A stretch of 64,000 nt of DNA from the NCBI RefSeq assembly GCF_009914755.1, contig NC_060931.1; one strand, given 5' to 3'. Below the pieces are notes generated by a model. That model did no database searches and was not told where the DNA came from. It saw only the letters and a program-made list of their open reading frames with translations. The first letter of the stretch is position 1. Each line of letters opens with the position of its first letter. The position numbers and the translations under genes were made by a program. Shown piece after piece: positions 17,806 through 31,679 of this stretch. Source of the DNA: the human T2T-CHM13v2.0 reference genome, Homo sapiens.

Positions 17806-18385
17806 CTTTAGTCAAGTTTCAAGCAGAGTAACAAAAATCATCAAAGGATTTAATCCAAGGAAATCAGCTTACACAATTTTGGGGGCTGGCTGAGTAAGTC
17901 TGCAATCAGTAGGGCTGACTGTCAGGAAGGGAGGCCCACAGTAGGCAGGGGCGCCCACAGCAGGCAGGGGCGCTGCGGGCATGAGTGAAAGCTCCTTGTC
18001 CACAGTGGTCAGGAAGGAAGACCAGGGGAAGGGAGAGCCACTGACTATGAATACCCAGCAGTGGTTTTGTGCCTCTAAGTTACAGAGGTTCTATGCCCTC
18101 TTTCAGAGTTTTCCTGGCCCACTCAGGACAGTATCCCTTCTGACTAATTTAAAGTTAACTGATCAGGGATTTTAACTCCATCTGCAAAATCTCTTTATAG
18201 CAACACCTAGGTTAGTGTTCGATTGAATAGCTGGGAGAAGATGTACTTATATTACAAAATGGCTATAACTCCCATCTATCCTAGAACTCTCATGAGAGAA
18301 TCTCCCCTGTAGCCCACCCAGATGAGAAACATACAAGAAAGGGGCTTCTTCAGCTATTGTTTAGCCTAGTCATGTTGATACATCT
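17806..18385 (-). mobile_element. MLT2-family (ERVL) LTR remnant between the two giant exons
   Basis: ttaactgatcagggattttaactccatctgcaaaat...agcaacacctaggttagtgtt...agcctagtcatgttgatacat. Contains a 19-bp tandem duplication at 17934-17971. Confidence 0.7.
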
Positions 18386-18799
18386 GTCTGAGCAATTTGC
18401 TAGTACTTCTAAAGCTCAGAAAAATATAAATATGCTAACCACTTTTCAGACACTTATCTCTTACATCAAGAATCACATTGTAGTCATTTTACTTTCTTTC
18501 CTAAGTAAAAGCCCTTTTAACCTTTTTCATAAGCAAAAGTTTGTGGCTTTTTAAGTTGCTAGGTTTAAAGAACTGTAACAGAATTTGTTCATGAAATTCC
18601 TCACTCTTTTCATTATTTGGCAACAAAATATTGAGTTTCATCTGAAATTATTTTAGCATGTCATCTTTTGCTCAGTATTATCTTCCCATGATGCTATTAT
18701 AAAACAAATAAAATAATATAAATCACTATGTATCTTAATATTTCCACTGTTAATGTATTAAAAATTAAATTAAAAGTATATATATATATATTTTTACAG

Positions 18800-20626
18800 T
18801 TTTGTCCCAAAAGATAAAATTCTAGAAATTCTGAAACTGGATCAATTTCTTACCCTGATGATACAAGACAGATTGATGAACATTTTTTCAAGTTTAAAGG
18901 AGACTATATATCACCTAATGAAAAGTTCATTTATATTAGACAATGGAGAATTTTATTTTGATACTCATCAAGGACTGAAGTTCATGCAAGATTTATTTAA
19001 TGCCCTTCTCAGGGAAACTTCAATGAAAAATAAGACTGAAAATAATATAGACTTTTTCACAGTGGTGAGTCAGTTGTTTTTCCATGTGAATAAGTCTGAG
19101 GACCTCTTCAAACTCAATCAAGATCTTGGGTCAGCTCTTCACCTTGTAAGAGAATGTTCAACAGAGATGGCAAGACTTCTGGATACAATTTTACACTCTC
19201 CTAATAAGGACTTCTATGCTTTGTATCCTACCCTCCAAGAAGTTATACTTGCTAATCTAACGGATTTGCTTTTCTTTATAAATAATTCATTCCCTCTAAG
19301 AAACAGAGCAACATTAGAAATTACTAAGAGATTAGTTGGTGCTATTTCAAGAGCAAGTGAAGAAAGTCACGTCCTGAAACCCCTCTTAGAAATGTCTGGG
19401 ACTCTGGTCATGCTGTTGAATGACAGTGCTGACCTGAGAGATCTTGCCACATCAATGGACTCCATTGTGAAACTTCTTAAGCTGGTCAAGAAAGTTTCGG
19501 GGAAGATGTCCACAGTTTTTAAAACTCATTTTATCTCCAATACCAAGGACAGTGTGAAATTCTTTGACACTCTGTATTCCATCATGCAACAAAGTGTTCA
19601 AAATCTTGTGAAAGAAATAGCTACTTTAAAAAAAATAGATCATTTCACATTTGAAAAGATAAATGATTTGTTGGTGCCATTTCTTGACTTGGCCTTTGAA
19701 ATGATTGGGGTAGAACCTTATATATCATCAAACTCTGATATTTTCAGTATGTCACCTAGCATACTCTCATATATGAACCAATCTAAGGACTTTTCTGATA
19801 TTTTGGAAGAAATTGCTGAATTTTTAACATCTGTGAAAATGAACTTGGAAGATATGAGGAGTCTTGCGGTAGCATTTAACAATGAGACTCAAACATTTTC
19901 TATGGATTCTGTCAACTTACGGGAAGAAATTCTGGGTTGCTTAGTTCCTATAAATAACATCACCAACCAAATGGACTTCTTATACCCTAATCCAATTTCC
20001 ACTCATAGTGGCCCTCAAGATATAAAATGGGAAATAATTCATGAAGTGATCCCTTTTTTGGATAAAATATTATCACAAAACAGCACAGAAATAGGATCTT
20101 TCTTGAAAATGGTGATCTGTCTCACCTTAGAAGCTCTTTGGAAAAACTTAAAGAAAGATAATTGGAATGTTTCTAATGTGTTGATGACATTTACTCAGCA
20201 TCCAAATAACCTTTTGAAAACCATAGAAACAGTTTTAGAGGCCTCCAGTGGAATTAAAAGTGACTATGAAGGTGATTTGAATAAAAGTTTATATTTTGAC
20301 ACACCTTTGAGTCAGAATATAACTCATCATCAACTTGAAAAAGCAATCCATAATGTTTTAAGTAGAATAGCTCTCTGGAGGAAAGGACTTCTGTTTAACA
20401 ACTCTGAATGGATAACTTCCACAAGAACTTTGTTTCAGCCACTTTTTGAGATTTTCATTAAAGCAACCACCGGAAAGAATGTCACATCAGAAAAAGAAGA
20501 GAGAACCAAGAAAGAGATGATTGACTTTCCTTATAGTTTCAAACCATTTTTCTGTTTGGAGAAATACCTGGGAGGATTATTTGTATTGACTAAATACTGG
20601 CAACAAATCCCACTAACAGATCAAAG
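18800..20626 (+). CDS. ABCA13: ABCA13 large coding exon (exon 18), 1,827 nt, phase 2 to 2
   Basis: Contains the 590-aa ORF 18858-20630. Acceptor tttttacAG|T; donor AAG|GTAATT. Reads (S)FVPKDKILEILKLDQFLTLMIQDR...IPLTDQ(S). Confidence 0.96.
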
Positions 20627-22048
20627 GTAATTAAAAAGCTGAATTCACTTTGTTTTTTTCTCTACCGCAGTAGCTATAAAATAGAACCATGCAGGAATTA
20701 CAGTGAATCGGGGTAAGTAGTTCTTCTTGACTTCAACTTTGTTTACACTCTGAAGTTGGCTTCAACATAGAGCAATTCAGGTCCAGTCATTCTTTTTCAT
20801 AATTCGACTCATTATTTGGCATTCAAATATAATTGCAGTTTATTCAAAATATTTCAAAAGTAAGTTATTTTATTCTCAGAAGCAAAAACCTCTTATTCTA
20901 TTCACTCATCCCAAGACTAGTTGCATAAACAATTTTTCTGTTCATATCCTCTGGCAGCCAAGGGTCCTATGACTCAGTATACACACAAGAACATGAAGCT
21001 GCTTGCTTCACAGAAAATTATGCTTTCAGTTGTAGCTAACCACAGGAAAGGGCCAGGCAGCTGCTGGCTTCTGCCCTTTTTTGATTCTGCCAGACTTCAC
21101 GTGGTTGATCCACCTCCAAGCCCTCCTATCGCTGAAAGTTATGTCCATAGAAACCTGTTCTTAAAAGCTCCAGTCTTGCTAGTTGTCATGCCTTGGAAGC
21201 AGTCTGTTGCCTTAGGTTGGAGACCCTGTGCCTCTTGATGTGCAGAGGCCCAGAGATGCTGCAGCTGTCCCTACCTGTCCTTTCTGTGGGTGAAAATACT
21301 GTTAGGGTGGTCCCTGGTCTCTGTTTCTCCCTGCTTTCCTCTCTGGCCCACATGGAGATTGGAGATGCCATGTCAACCCTGGTTCATTTGCCAGGCAGGC
21401 TGACTTATTTTCTGTTGGTTCTATTACTCCAGAGATGTACCTTGAATCCAGTCATGTTCTATGAGTTGGAAAGATGTCTTTAGTTGGTGAAACAGGTAGC
21501 CACTGGCACAAATAACTATTGCTACCTAGGAATTTGACTGCTAGTTTTCAGAGCTTCCTTCTTCATCTCCTCCTTGCTTCTGATGTCAAACTATATTTTG
21601 TTTGACTTTAGTGCTCTTCTCTGAATTGTCTTTTGAGCTGAGGTGGTCCTGGCAACCCCATTCTCCACCAATCTCAGGTTTTATCTCAAATTTTTCAGTT
21701 CTCCACAGAGGGAGTTTATACCTTAGCTCTTCATACCATCATGTTTTGACACCTTTTCAACATTTACCTTTGCATTTCAAAAGAATAGAACAAAAGAAGA
21801 AAGAAAAGCAAGTATTAAGCTTATTGGCCACAAAATTGATGCTTTGAAATAATTCTGGAGACCTAAAGTTTTCTAAAGGTCCAGAATGTGTTATCTGTGT
21901 TTTCTTATGTTCCTATGAAGAAAATATGATTATGCAGGGAGGGAGGATGGTTCTTACATGTGTGTTATAACTTAACCTACACAGTAGAGATGCACATGGG
22001 TTGCACATTTTTACCCTTTTATGTCATTGTATATATTTTTTTGCTAAG

Positions 22049-22158
22049 TGTTGTTGAGATTTGTGAAGTTTTCCAGCAGACTGTGAAGCCCTCAGAAGCC
22101 ATGGAGATGCTGCAGAAAGTGAAGATGATGGTCGTACGTGTGCTCACCATCGTTGCAG
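22049..22158 (+). CDS. ABCA13: ABCA13 exon 19, 110 nt, phase 2 to 1
   Basis: ttttttgctAAG|T acceptor and CAG|GTGGGC donor. Encodes VVEICEVFQQTVKPSEAMEMLQKVKMMVVRVLTIVA. Confidence 0.92.
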
Positions 22159-22509
22159 GTGGGCTGCTCATATAACAAGTGCTCTGCAATTGCCCTGTGC
22201 CAGTTTTCAGAACTCAGGTGTCAGAGAGATGAGTATATTGCACTTGAGTTTCTTTTAGAACAAAGCACAGCTGTCTTAGTCTGGCAACCAGGCCTTGAGG
22301 GATCTGCCCCTCCCAACCTCATTCCCACCACTGGGCCTCTACTCCAGCCAAATTGAACGGCCCGTTCCTGCGCCTTTGCTGGGTTTTCTGGTCTCTGTCT
22401 TTGCTCATGGAATGTGCTTCCCTTGTCTTCTTGACCTAAACTACAGCCGTACTCTGTGGCCTAGAGCTGGGGGTGTCTTGTCCAGAAGTGTTCCCCCATC
22501 TCCTTTACT

Positions 22510-23655
22510 GGCAAAGACCTTGAGGAGACTTTGATCACGTGCAGTATCGTACTTTCTTCTTTCTTACATTTCCTCCCTCTGCTACAGTCAATATTTTTTG
22601 AAGATAGAAACTGTGTCATAACCTTCTGTGTGCATTTCCTGATGGGTGCTGAGTAGTCCCTGCAGTAACCTGAATTCCCTACAGCCGTGGCACTTATTGC
22701 TGGTATTATAGTTTTTGGTGTCTTCTTTTCCTGCTGCAGTCTGTAAGCTTACTGGGAACAGGATCAGTCTCTTGCTAAATTCTGTGTCTCCATAATACTC
22801 AGCATAGTGTCCAGCAATAGTGACTATATTGTAAATGAATTAATTCATCTGCTAAGATGATACTTGCCAAATCCATTCCTGCACATTTCAGTGCAATCTC
22901 CTTTCAATGCCACTGCTGAAGGAGAGTCCCACGAGCTGCTTTAGAGGGTAACTAGATGATCTTAGGGCTTTTCTGAAAATGTGAACATTAGACTTTAGAG
23001 CACACTTGAGTCCATGGAATGGACCACAGTTGTTTAAGTAATTCACAGGTGCACAGAGGTGCTGCCATCCTCTGGCCCAGTCTCCTGAGCAGGGCTGCCC
23101 AGAGCCCCCTCAGTGGGCTACTGGGCCTGAGTACCCTGTCTTAGCTGATGGCAGTGGGTTTTGACAACATGAATCGAAGCCCAGAAGAGGAGGGGAGGCG
23201 AGGAGAAATGGGGAAGCCAAGGGTGGATCCGATCAGATCAAGAGGGAAAGAAAAAAGTGAGGGGTCATCTGAGTAGGGCTTACTCCATATCCTGGCCCCG
23301 GACTCCCTGCCCCCTAGCTCATCTGATCCACATGTTCATTCTTCTGCCTTTCCTTGATTTACTCCTGGATCATTATTATTATTTCGATTACTATCAGGTT
23401 GTTATATTATGATTTGTAGATTACGTGTTATTTCCTCTGGAAAGCTTTTCTTCACCTACCCTGTCTGGGGTCACATGGCCTTAGCTCCTTGTTATGGCTC
23501 TTACCACCGTGTGCTATTCTGATGATGAACATGTGTCTCTTCTACAGTTGTGAGAACCCGAAGACTGTGCCTGTCTATTGATCACTACAAACCTGGCACA
23601 TGGGGATTAGAACATGGGAAATGTTGATTGACATTTGTTGAATGAATGAATAAGT
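22510..23655 (+). mobile_element. L2 3'-end fragments (discontinuous)
   Basis: Segments ending tgtaaatgaattaat (about 22840) and tttgttgaatgaatgaataa (about 23653). Confidence 0.5.
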
Positions 23656-24529
23656 GCCAGAAGCTCTTCTATACTTACGTCATGTTTCACTGGAATTACC
23701 AAATGTGAAATCTGTTCATGGGGGAGTGCTCAGCAGCGAGAAGTAGTGGGTGGGCTGTTGGCATGTTCTGGGCTTATTTTGTACGACTGAGCAAACTGTG
23801 GGGGCCTGGGGAGGATGTTGTAGAGAGGAGTCTGGTTTACCCAGGAAGGGGCACAGTGGACGTATTCCCAACATCCACTATCAGAAGAGGAAGGGTTACC
23901 GGCCCCAGGATGGCTAATTGGTGGGTGTGGGCCACTGAGTCTGTGAGCCAGGAGTATGGACCAGCATCTACTGGGGAGCGGTATGGAGGAGAAATGAGCC
24001 TTGGGCAGAACCAGCATGTCAAATCCATTTTTCAAAACAAAAAAGATAAATTTTTCTTTGTATTGATAAGTGCTAGAAAGAAGCTAAAGTATGGCCATGA
24101 GGGTGAGAGTGAGGGGTGGAGGAGAGGAGAAGACCTTGAGGGTGCAGTTCAGGGTGAGGACATTTCAGGTGAGACTTGCGTAGTGAGGATGTGTGTCTGC
24201 CATGCTCATGGTTATATCTTCCCAGGGTTTAGGAAACATACTGACATAGGCATGATAGGCATTCAATCAATATGTGTAGAAGGATTGGATAGGTCAATGC
24301 ATGAGGGCTGGCACTAGGTTGGGCACTTGTGACTGCTTGAGTTAATCTACACAATCACTGATGGGCTTCAGACTAGTGTGCTGGGACTCGTGGTCTGTAA
24401 GGCTGCCTCCTTACTGTCACGATGGGGCACTCAGGATTATACACCTTCATGACTGGTAAGGCTTTATTGCCCCAAATATCTTTGAGGGCAGAGTCAAACA
24501 TGACTGTTAAAACAAGTGATGTCGTGAGA

Positions 24530-24735
24530 AGTGCTGTAATGGAAGAAGCAGGCGCTTTGAGATTGAACAGGCTGAGTTCCTTGATTCATGCTGAGTGACA
24601 CAGGGTAGCTTCTGAATCTCTGTGAGCCTTGAAGAAAACATAGGGGAACACCTATTTCAACCTATGTGAGAGGATTAAATAAAATGAGTCACCTCCAAGG
24701 GGCTTATCCTAAGGAGATGCCTTGAACATGCTAGT
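24530..24735 (+). mobile_element. MIR
   Basis: ttctgaatctctgtgagcct...gtgagaggattaaataaaatg. Confidence 0.55.
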
Positions 24736-26739
24736 TGCCCTGTCCTGCAAGTTGAAGATGCATCTCCCTGCATGCCATTGGGAAAACTACTTCTCAGCTT
24801 AGAGGGCTAGTTCATAAGTAAAAACTGGTAATTTAGGGACTGTCTATCACAGGGTTAGTTCTAATCTGCTCACTCATCCCTTTTTTTGTAATACAAATGG
24901 TTGTTTGAACAGAAGAATTGATTGGTCATTGGGTCTAAGAAACATGGAAAAGGAGTAAGAAACAGAGGGAGAAGTGGGACAAGCTTGATTTAAAAATGAA
25001 ACCCCAACTGCTGTGTAGGGGTTTTGCATGTTTTTTTTTCTTTTAAGATAATCTGTATTTCCAATTAGATGTTATGAACATTGGTGATTAGGAATATTGC
25101 TTTCTGTTGTCAAATAGAAATCAGTAAAGTGTTACAATCTAAGTACAAGTTAGGATGGTTGGTACATGATTTCAGCATTTGGAAGTGTGCTCAGGTAAAA
25201 TTCAAATCAAACTTCTTCCTCGTTCTTGAATGCTTATCTTCCATATTGAATTCAGCCACGTTTGAAGACACAATTATTTGGACATTTCACAGTCAGCTAA
25301 TATAATGGTTTTTAAATGAATTAAACATTCATTAATGTATGAATTTATATTTATTTTGCCATTCTGTATTGCAGCTGCTAAATTAATATAGCATACTTGA
25401 GATTACATTAGTAACAGATAATTAATTTTTAATTTTTATATTTTATTTCAAGGAAACTCAAGCATAACTAACATTTAAACTGCCACCCCACTGTCCTTAT
25501 TGAATTGTTACTCCATCCTGTAGAATAGGAGGGCAGTGACAGATCCCATAAAGTTAAAGGGATGGGGTGGAATTGACCAATGTGGGCAAATAGCCCCTCC
25601 TCTCCCATCATATAAAGGGAACAAGAATAAGATCTGTTATTATTATTGTTGCTGAAAATGCACTATATTTTCGTCATATCACAGAGTTGAGTTCAGTATC
25701 TCCAGGAGGAAAGTGACAACTTTCCTTCTCCTGATCTAGTGCTTTAAAGATGCCAAGGACAATGCAGGAGAGCTCATGCAACGGAAGGAGCCTCAGTGGG
25801 CAGCTACTTTAATCTTCCAGTTTCCCTAATTGACGAATTGAGGCCCAGAGAGTGAGAGTGAGTTTCCCAGGGTTTCAGAGTGAAGCAGTCAGAGCCCATT
25901 TCCAGTTGAAGAGACCTGAGAGGGTCCATGGGGCTGAAGGGAGGAGAGGAAAGGGGTCCAGAGAGCGCTGGCAGATCTGGAAAGCCAGAGTGGGTCTGAA
26001 TGTGTCCTTGGAGCCAAGAAGAGGGGCCACAGCAAGTAGGAAGGGCTGGAGCCAGGGATTGGGAGAGGCAATGAGAGGTGGAGAAAGAGGGTACCCGGGA
26101 AAGTTGGAGGAGTCAAGGCTCAAAACCAGCTCTTGTTAGTGTCGAGACAGTTGTCAAGTGTCCTTGAGGGTGGTGCCTTTGAGGGCAGGCTTCAAGACGT
26201 GTTAGATGTGAGGCACATGGAGGCCAGATGGCCTGACAGCCCAGCACTGCATCCCATGATCATATCATCCCTGACCTAACCTTGCAGGAATGCTGGGCTT
26301 GGTCACTGTCGACTCCACGTTGTCATTTTACATTGAGGAAGCAAGGGGCTGACACAGCCCACAGCTTGCCTGATGCCATACATTACATCAGCTTTTTCAG
26401 GGTGCATTCTCTGCTCTTTTAGGTTTGAACAACATAACTTATAAACACATTATTGTGTCTTCCCGAGACCAGAGGATATGTTTATGCTTAAAGATAAGTG
26501 CTGTGATATATAACAGCACATTATTACCTTCATTTCAAATTTTAATAAGAGATTACTTAAGTGACACATTTTATATTTCCTACAATAAAGATACCTGTCT
26601 TTGAAATTAGTAAAATAAGATTAATGAGAAAAGAAAAACAAATAAGGCATCAAGGTGGGTTGCTTCTGGAAAGCATGACTTTGGATATATTGTGTCTACT
26701 CTGCATTTTATGTGGTTGAAAACTGTTTTAGTAATTAAT

Positions 26740-27507
<768 letters not shown>

Positions 27508-27639
27508 TCAGAACTTTTTATAAAGGACTTTTGAGAAACAATTTATTATTCATAATTTAAGAGTCAGGATAACATTTTTTTTTCTAATTAAAAAAAGATT
27601 TTATTTCTTATAAAAATGTATTTTATTTTCTGTCATGAC

Positions 27640-28200
27640 CAAGCATCTAGGAGGTACAAAGCCCTGTGCTAGGTGCCACAATGACAGGAAGGCAGTGATA
27701 AGAAAATTTGCCCGTGGCAGGTCTTGTGCAGATGGATTTATCGTGCGGTGGGAGGTGAGCACACAGGCATCTGCGCAGCAGGGAGGGGAGGGGCTTTGCT
27801 CAGCCTGGGAAAGGTGGGTGTCTGGAGGCAGAACTCTAAAAGATACGTAGGTTCAGGAAGGGAGAGTGATGCCTTGTATCTGATGGCCTTGAGGAGACAG
27901 GAGGGACATAGGGCATGACTGCAGAGAGGTGGAGGCACCTGAGGCTGCGGAAAGACATTGGATGCAACATGGAGCCTTTGCACAGATTCCTGTAATGGGG
28001 GATCTCCTTTGGGGAAGAGCCTTGTGGATCAGAGCGTAAGGCAGATTGGAAGGGTGAGGTGGGAGTGGGACTGTTAAGAGCACAGCAGTTTCCTGGGCGT
28101 GATCTATGGGTGCTGGACAGACGCACAGATGGAGAGACATTGGGAGGTCATGCTGAGCAGATGGGGAGGTTGGTTGGCTGTGAGGACCAGGGGGAGGAGA
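27640..28200 (-). mobile_element. L2 remnant
   Basis: agccctgtgctaggtgc followed by purine-rich L2-like sequence. Confidence 0.45.
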
Positions 28201-28267
28201 GTCATGACTGGCTTCCAGGAAGTGACTTGTGAGGCATGGGGCATGGAGAAGACCACACATAGACAGT

Positions 28268-28388
28268 GTGTAATTCATCCTTCAAACTGGGGCACTTTTG
28301 AGAATGACAGAGGGCACTGTTCATAACCATGCAAGAATAGGTGAAAAGCAAGTCTGTCCTGGGCAAACTGGGGTGAATGGGTACCCCA
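28268..28388 (+). mobile_element. MER94-like hAT-Blackjack MITE
   Basis: caaactggggcacttttgagaatga...ctgtcctgggcaaactgggg...ggtaccc. Confidence 0.65.
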
Positions 28389-28665
28389 CTTGTAGGGGAT
28401 ACAGGGAAAGGAGCCAGTTTGAGGAGGTAGAGATAATTAATATTTACAAAATCAATTAGGCCCAGAAAAGCAAAATCTTTATTTTATTACATTTGGAACT
28501 CAAAAGGCACAGCTTTACCCTCATCATCTGAATGTTCATCTTGATGATTTAAGAAATGTTTAGGAATTTGTATCACTTTGAATCTTTAAAAAGTGATTTT
28601 GTGAGAGTGGCTAGTTCAGGAGAGGACTGTCTATTAATTATTTCTCTGTGTGTTTCCTCTGGCAG

Positions 28666-28784
28666 AAAACCCTTCCTGGACCAAGGACATTTTGTGTGCT
28701 ACTCTGAGTTGCAAGCAAAATGGGATAAGGCATCTCATTTTATCTGCTATACAAGGGGTCACTTTGGCGCAGGACCACTTCCAG
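28666..28784 (+). CDS. ABCA13: ABCA13 exon 20, 119 nt, phase 1 to 0
   Basis: tttcctctggcAG|AA acceptor and CAG|GTTTGT donor. Encodes (E)[39 protein letters not shown]. Confidence 0.92.
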
Positions 28785-28964
28785 GTTTGTCGTCTTTAAT
28801 ATTTCAGAGAATTTCATGTTCATGACTATTGGCCCTTGCAAGGCAGTCCAGTTATTCAAACTTGCTGCTTCGTTCTTATAACTACAGCAATGGTGTCATA
28901 CACAGTCTTGTTGCAAGCTGGGCTTGCAGAATGACTGCTCACCCTTCCTCCCTCTTGGCCTCTC

Positions 28965-29397
28965 CCAGTGGTGTGCTGGGTTGAGTGGCACTGAGTTGAG
29001 AGATCGGATTGTTAAATTTTCAGGAATTTTGCAAGCTGGTTGTTAAACATAGATGTCATCATTATAAATAAATTATATAAACTTATGATGAAATAAATCA
29101 TGTTAGAAACACAAGTAATAATTACTCAAGATTCATCACTTCCTAATTATTTTAGTATGTTTTACTGTTATCTCTCTTCCTGAGATGATTTGCTTTTGTT
29201 GTATCCACATGATGGAAATACTATGTAGTCTTGTGCTAAGTGCAGTTCTTCCCTTCTCTACGTTTAATGACGTTATGGTGGCAGCATGAACTGGGCCATG
29301 CAGGAGCTTTTGCACCATGGAAATTGGCAAGTGCTCCAAATCAGAATTTTTTTTTTCTGGAGAGTTAGTTTTTAAATATTTACCAGCCCAACACTGG
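28965..29397 (+). mobile_element. MER63B-like hAT-Blackjack element
   Basis: Termini CCAGTGGTGTGCTGG ... CCAGCCCAACACTGG; internal gattgttaaattttcaggaattttgc. Confidence 0.85.
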
Positions 29398-30029
29398 CTC
29401 TAACTCATTGAATACACTGGCTAGTACCAAAAATTGATGGCTGAATGGGAACCAGCATAGCAATTTCCTTTTTATTAAATTGGACACATGCCCAATAGGC
29501 TCCCATGCAGGGTCTCCAACTATAGCTGAATCAGACAATGTGTCTCTTATTTGGGCCCCACTCCTTTGTCCTAGAATTAAAGACCCCTGGGCCCCTAGGT
29601 AGGCCTGATCCCCCTGACAAGCTTGGACAATGGTGATGTCCTTCCAACAATGCAGTGAAGACCTGTCTCTCTTCTAGTTCTGGTTCTGAATGTTGTTTCT
29701 TGCTTTTGTGATCCATATTATCTGTGAGTATGAGATTATCACAGAAAGCAGAGAAATAGATGATGCCGAGAGAGATGAGAGATAGCCATGCCAGACTCCC
29801 ACAGCATGGCAAGGGTGTCGAATGCCATGCCTTGGTGAAGTGTCAGGAGGGAGTGAGAGCTGCTGATCTCTAATCAATGTCTTGTGGCCTTTGGAGGAGT
29901 GGTGCCTGTCAGCAGGAAGCCCTGAGCAGTCCCTAGCAATGATTGACTTTACAACCCCAAATTTACATTGATTTTTTTAGAACATCAAATTCTTATTTCC
30001 AGGTTGTGCAGATCTTTGTCAGGTATTAA

Positions 30030-30364
<335 letters not shown>

Positions 30365-31645
30365 CCTCACAGACAATTTTTTAGTGATGAGTGAAGGTTA
30401 TAATAATAAAATAGTCAAGAGACTCCAGCTTTCAAAGCAACTGACTCAAAGACTGTATTTATAGTTCAAATTGTTATATGATTGTCAACAAGTCTGGCTG
30501 GTAACAGTTGGGTTAGTTTTGATAAAGAGCAGAAGTTCCTGTCTTTAATGACAAAAATAGTATGTTGCTTATCTCAGGATGCAAAGCTTTTAAGATGGGT
30601 CTGTGGTTCAAGGGCTTCAAGTATGTGAGACTTTTAGAAATACAAATCTTTTTCAGGCTGTGGGATATGAAGTCGCCAACAGAGATGGGCAAAAAGCACA
30701 ATGCCATTTGCTAGTTTTCAGTATCTAAATAAATATTTTAAATATAGTTTTCTCAGTAGCAACATGGAATTCCCATTTAGAGAGAAAGTTTCAGCTGATT
30801 GAATCGATATGACAAAAGTTTGGGGCTGTCAACTCCTTACCCTCTTCCACCCTTTGTTCCAAATAGTAGAAAGTAGCAATAAGGAAATGAATGGGGCAGA
30901 AATTAAACTTCAAAAATGACAGCAAGTGCCCACTGTATTTCCTGGGATAAGCTGAGTTGGAGAATGCAGCTGGAACTTCAGGTTGGGTGGGGGCTTCCTA
31001 CTGCCTCTCTAGATCTAGATCTTTGGGTCCACCTGTATACACTTATCCAGTATTTCTTGATTCTAGGCCTGATGTAGCCGGAGAAGGAGAGTCTGATAGG
31101 TGCTGCCTTTTCCACGTGGTGGTTTTACCTGATCCCAAAAGTATAGCCTGATGAATTTCAATCTCAACTTTGGCCTAGATGCCTCTGCTTACCTGGAGCC
31201 TGGTACACCTGTGCTGAAGAAACTTGGAATTTTTCTTCCGGTAGTCCTTGCTACTGGGGTAGAATGTGCACTTTTCTACTTTATAATCCCCTCTATGTCA
31301 AAATTATTATTTTATTAAATTTAAGAATAACATCCATAGCAGGAATATTATAAATGCATTGAATGAAAATTAATTTGCATGCAGTTACAAATTACGAACT
31401 AGAGGTTCTTTGCTATAAGGGAATACTCCATGGCAGAGCCCTCATGCAGTAGGTTTAATTCAATCTATGTTCTCAGGAGTGAGTTGGCCCCTAAGGGGAT
31501 ACTCACCTGTATCTATTGTTCTGACCTAGTTGTATTTCTGCATTGATATGCTACAAAAAGGGATCTCTTTGGAGCAAGGAGAATACCGAGCCTGAAATGC
31601 CTGGGTGAGAGAATTGGAGAAGGTTTAGAGAGCTTCACACTCAGG

Positions 31646-31646
31646 A

Positions 31647-31672
<26 letters not shown>
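31646..31672 (+). repeat. Poly-A (27 nt) followed by a GA-rich tract
   Basis: Read directly from the sequence. Confidence 0.95.

Positions 31673-31679
<7 letters not shown>

Noticed and set aside
17934-17973. 19-bp duplication GCCCACAG(T/C)AGGCAGGGGC as tandem CTCF sites
   Set aside because: The core is one G short of the CTCF register, so the match is too poor.
12521-20630. 1584-aa and 590-aa ORFs as standalone intronless novel genes
   Set aside because: Both frames are open upstream of the ATG back to a splice acceptor, and their stops lie within GT donors. They are internal ABCA13 exons.
23718-24317. 199-aa ORF
   Set aside because: No recognisable domain or splice-phase fit; G-rich intronic sequence; compatible with chance.
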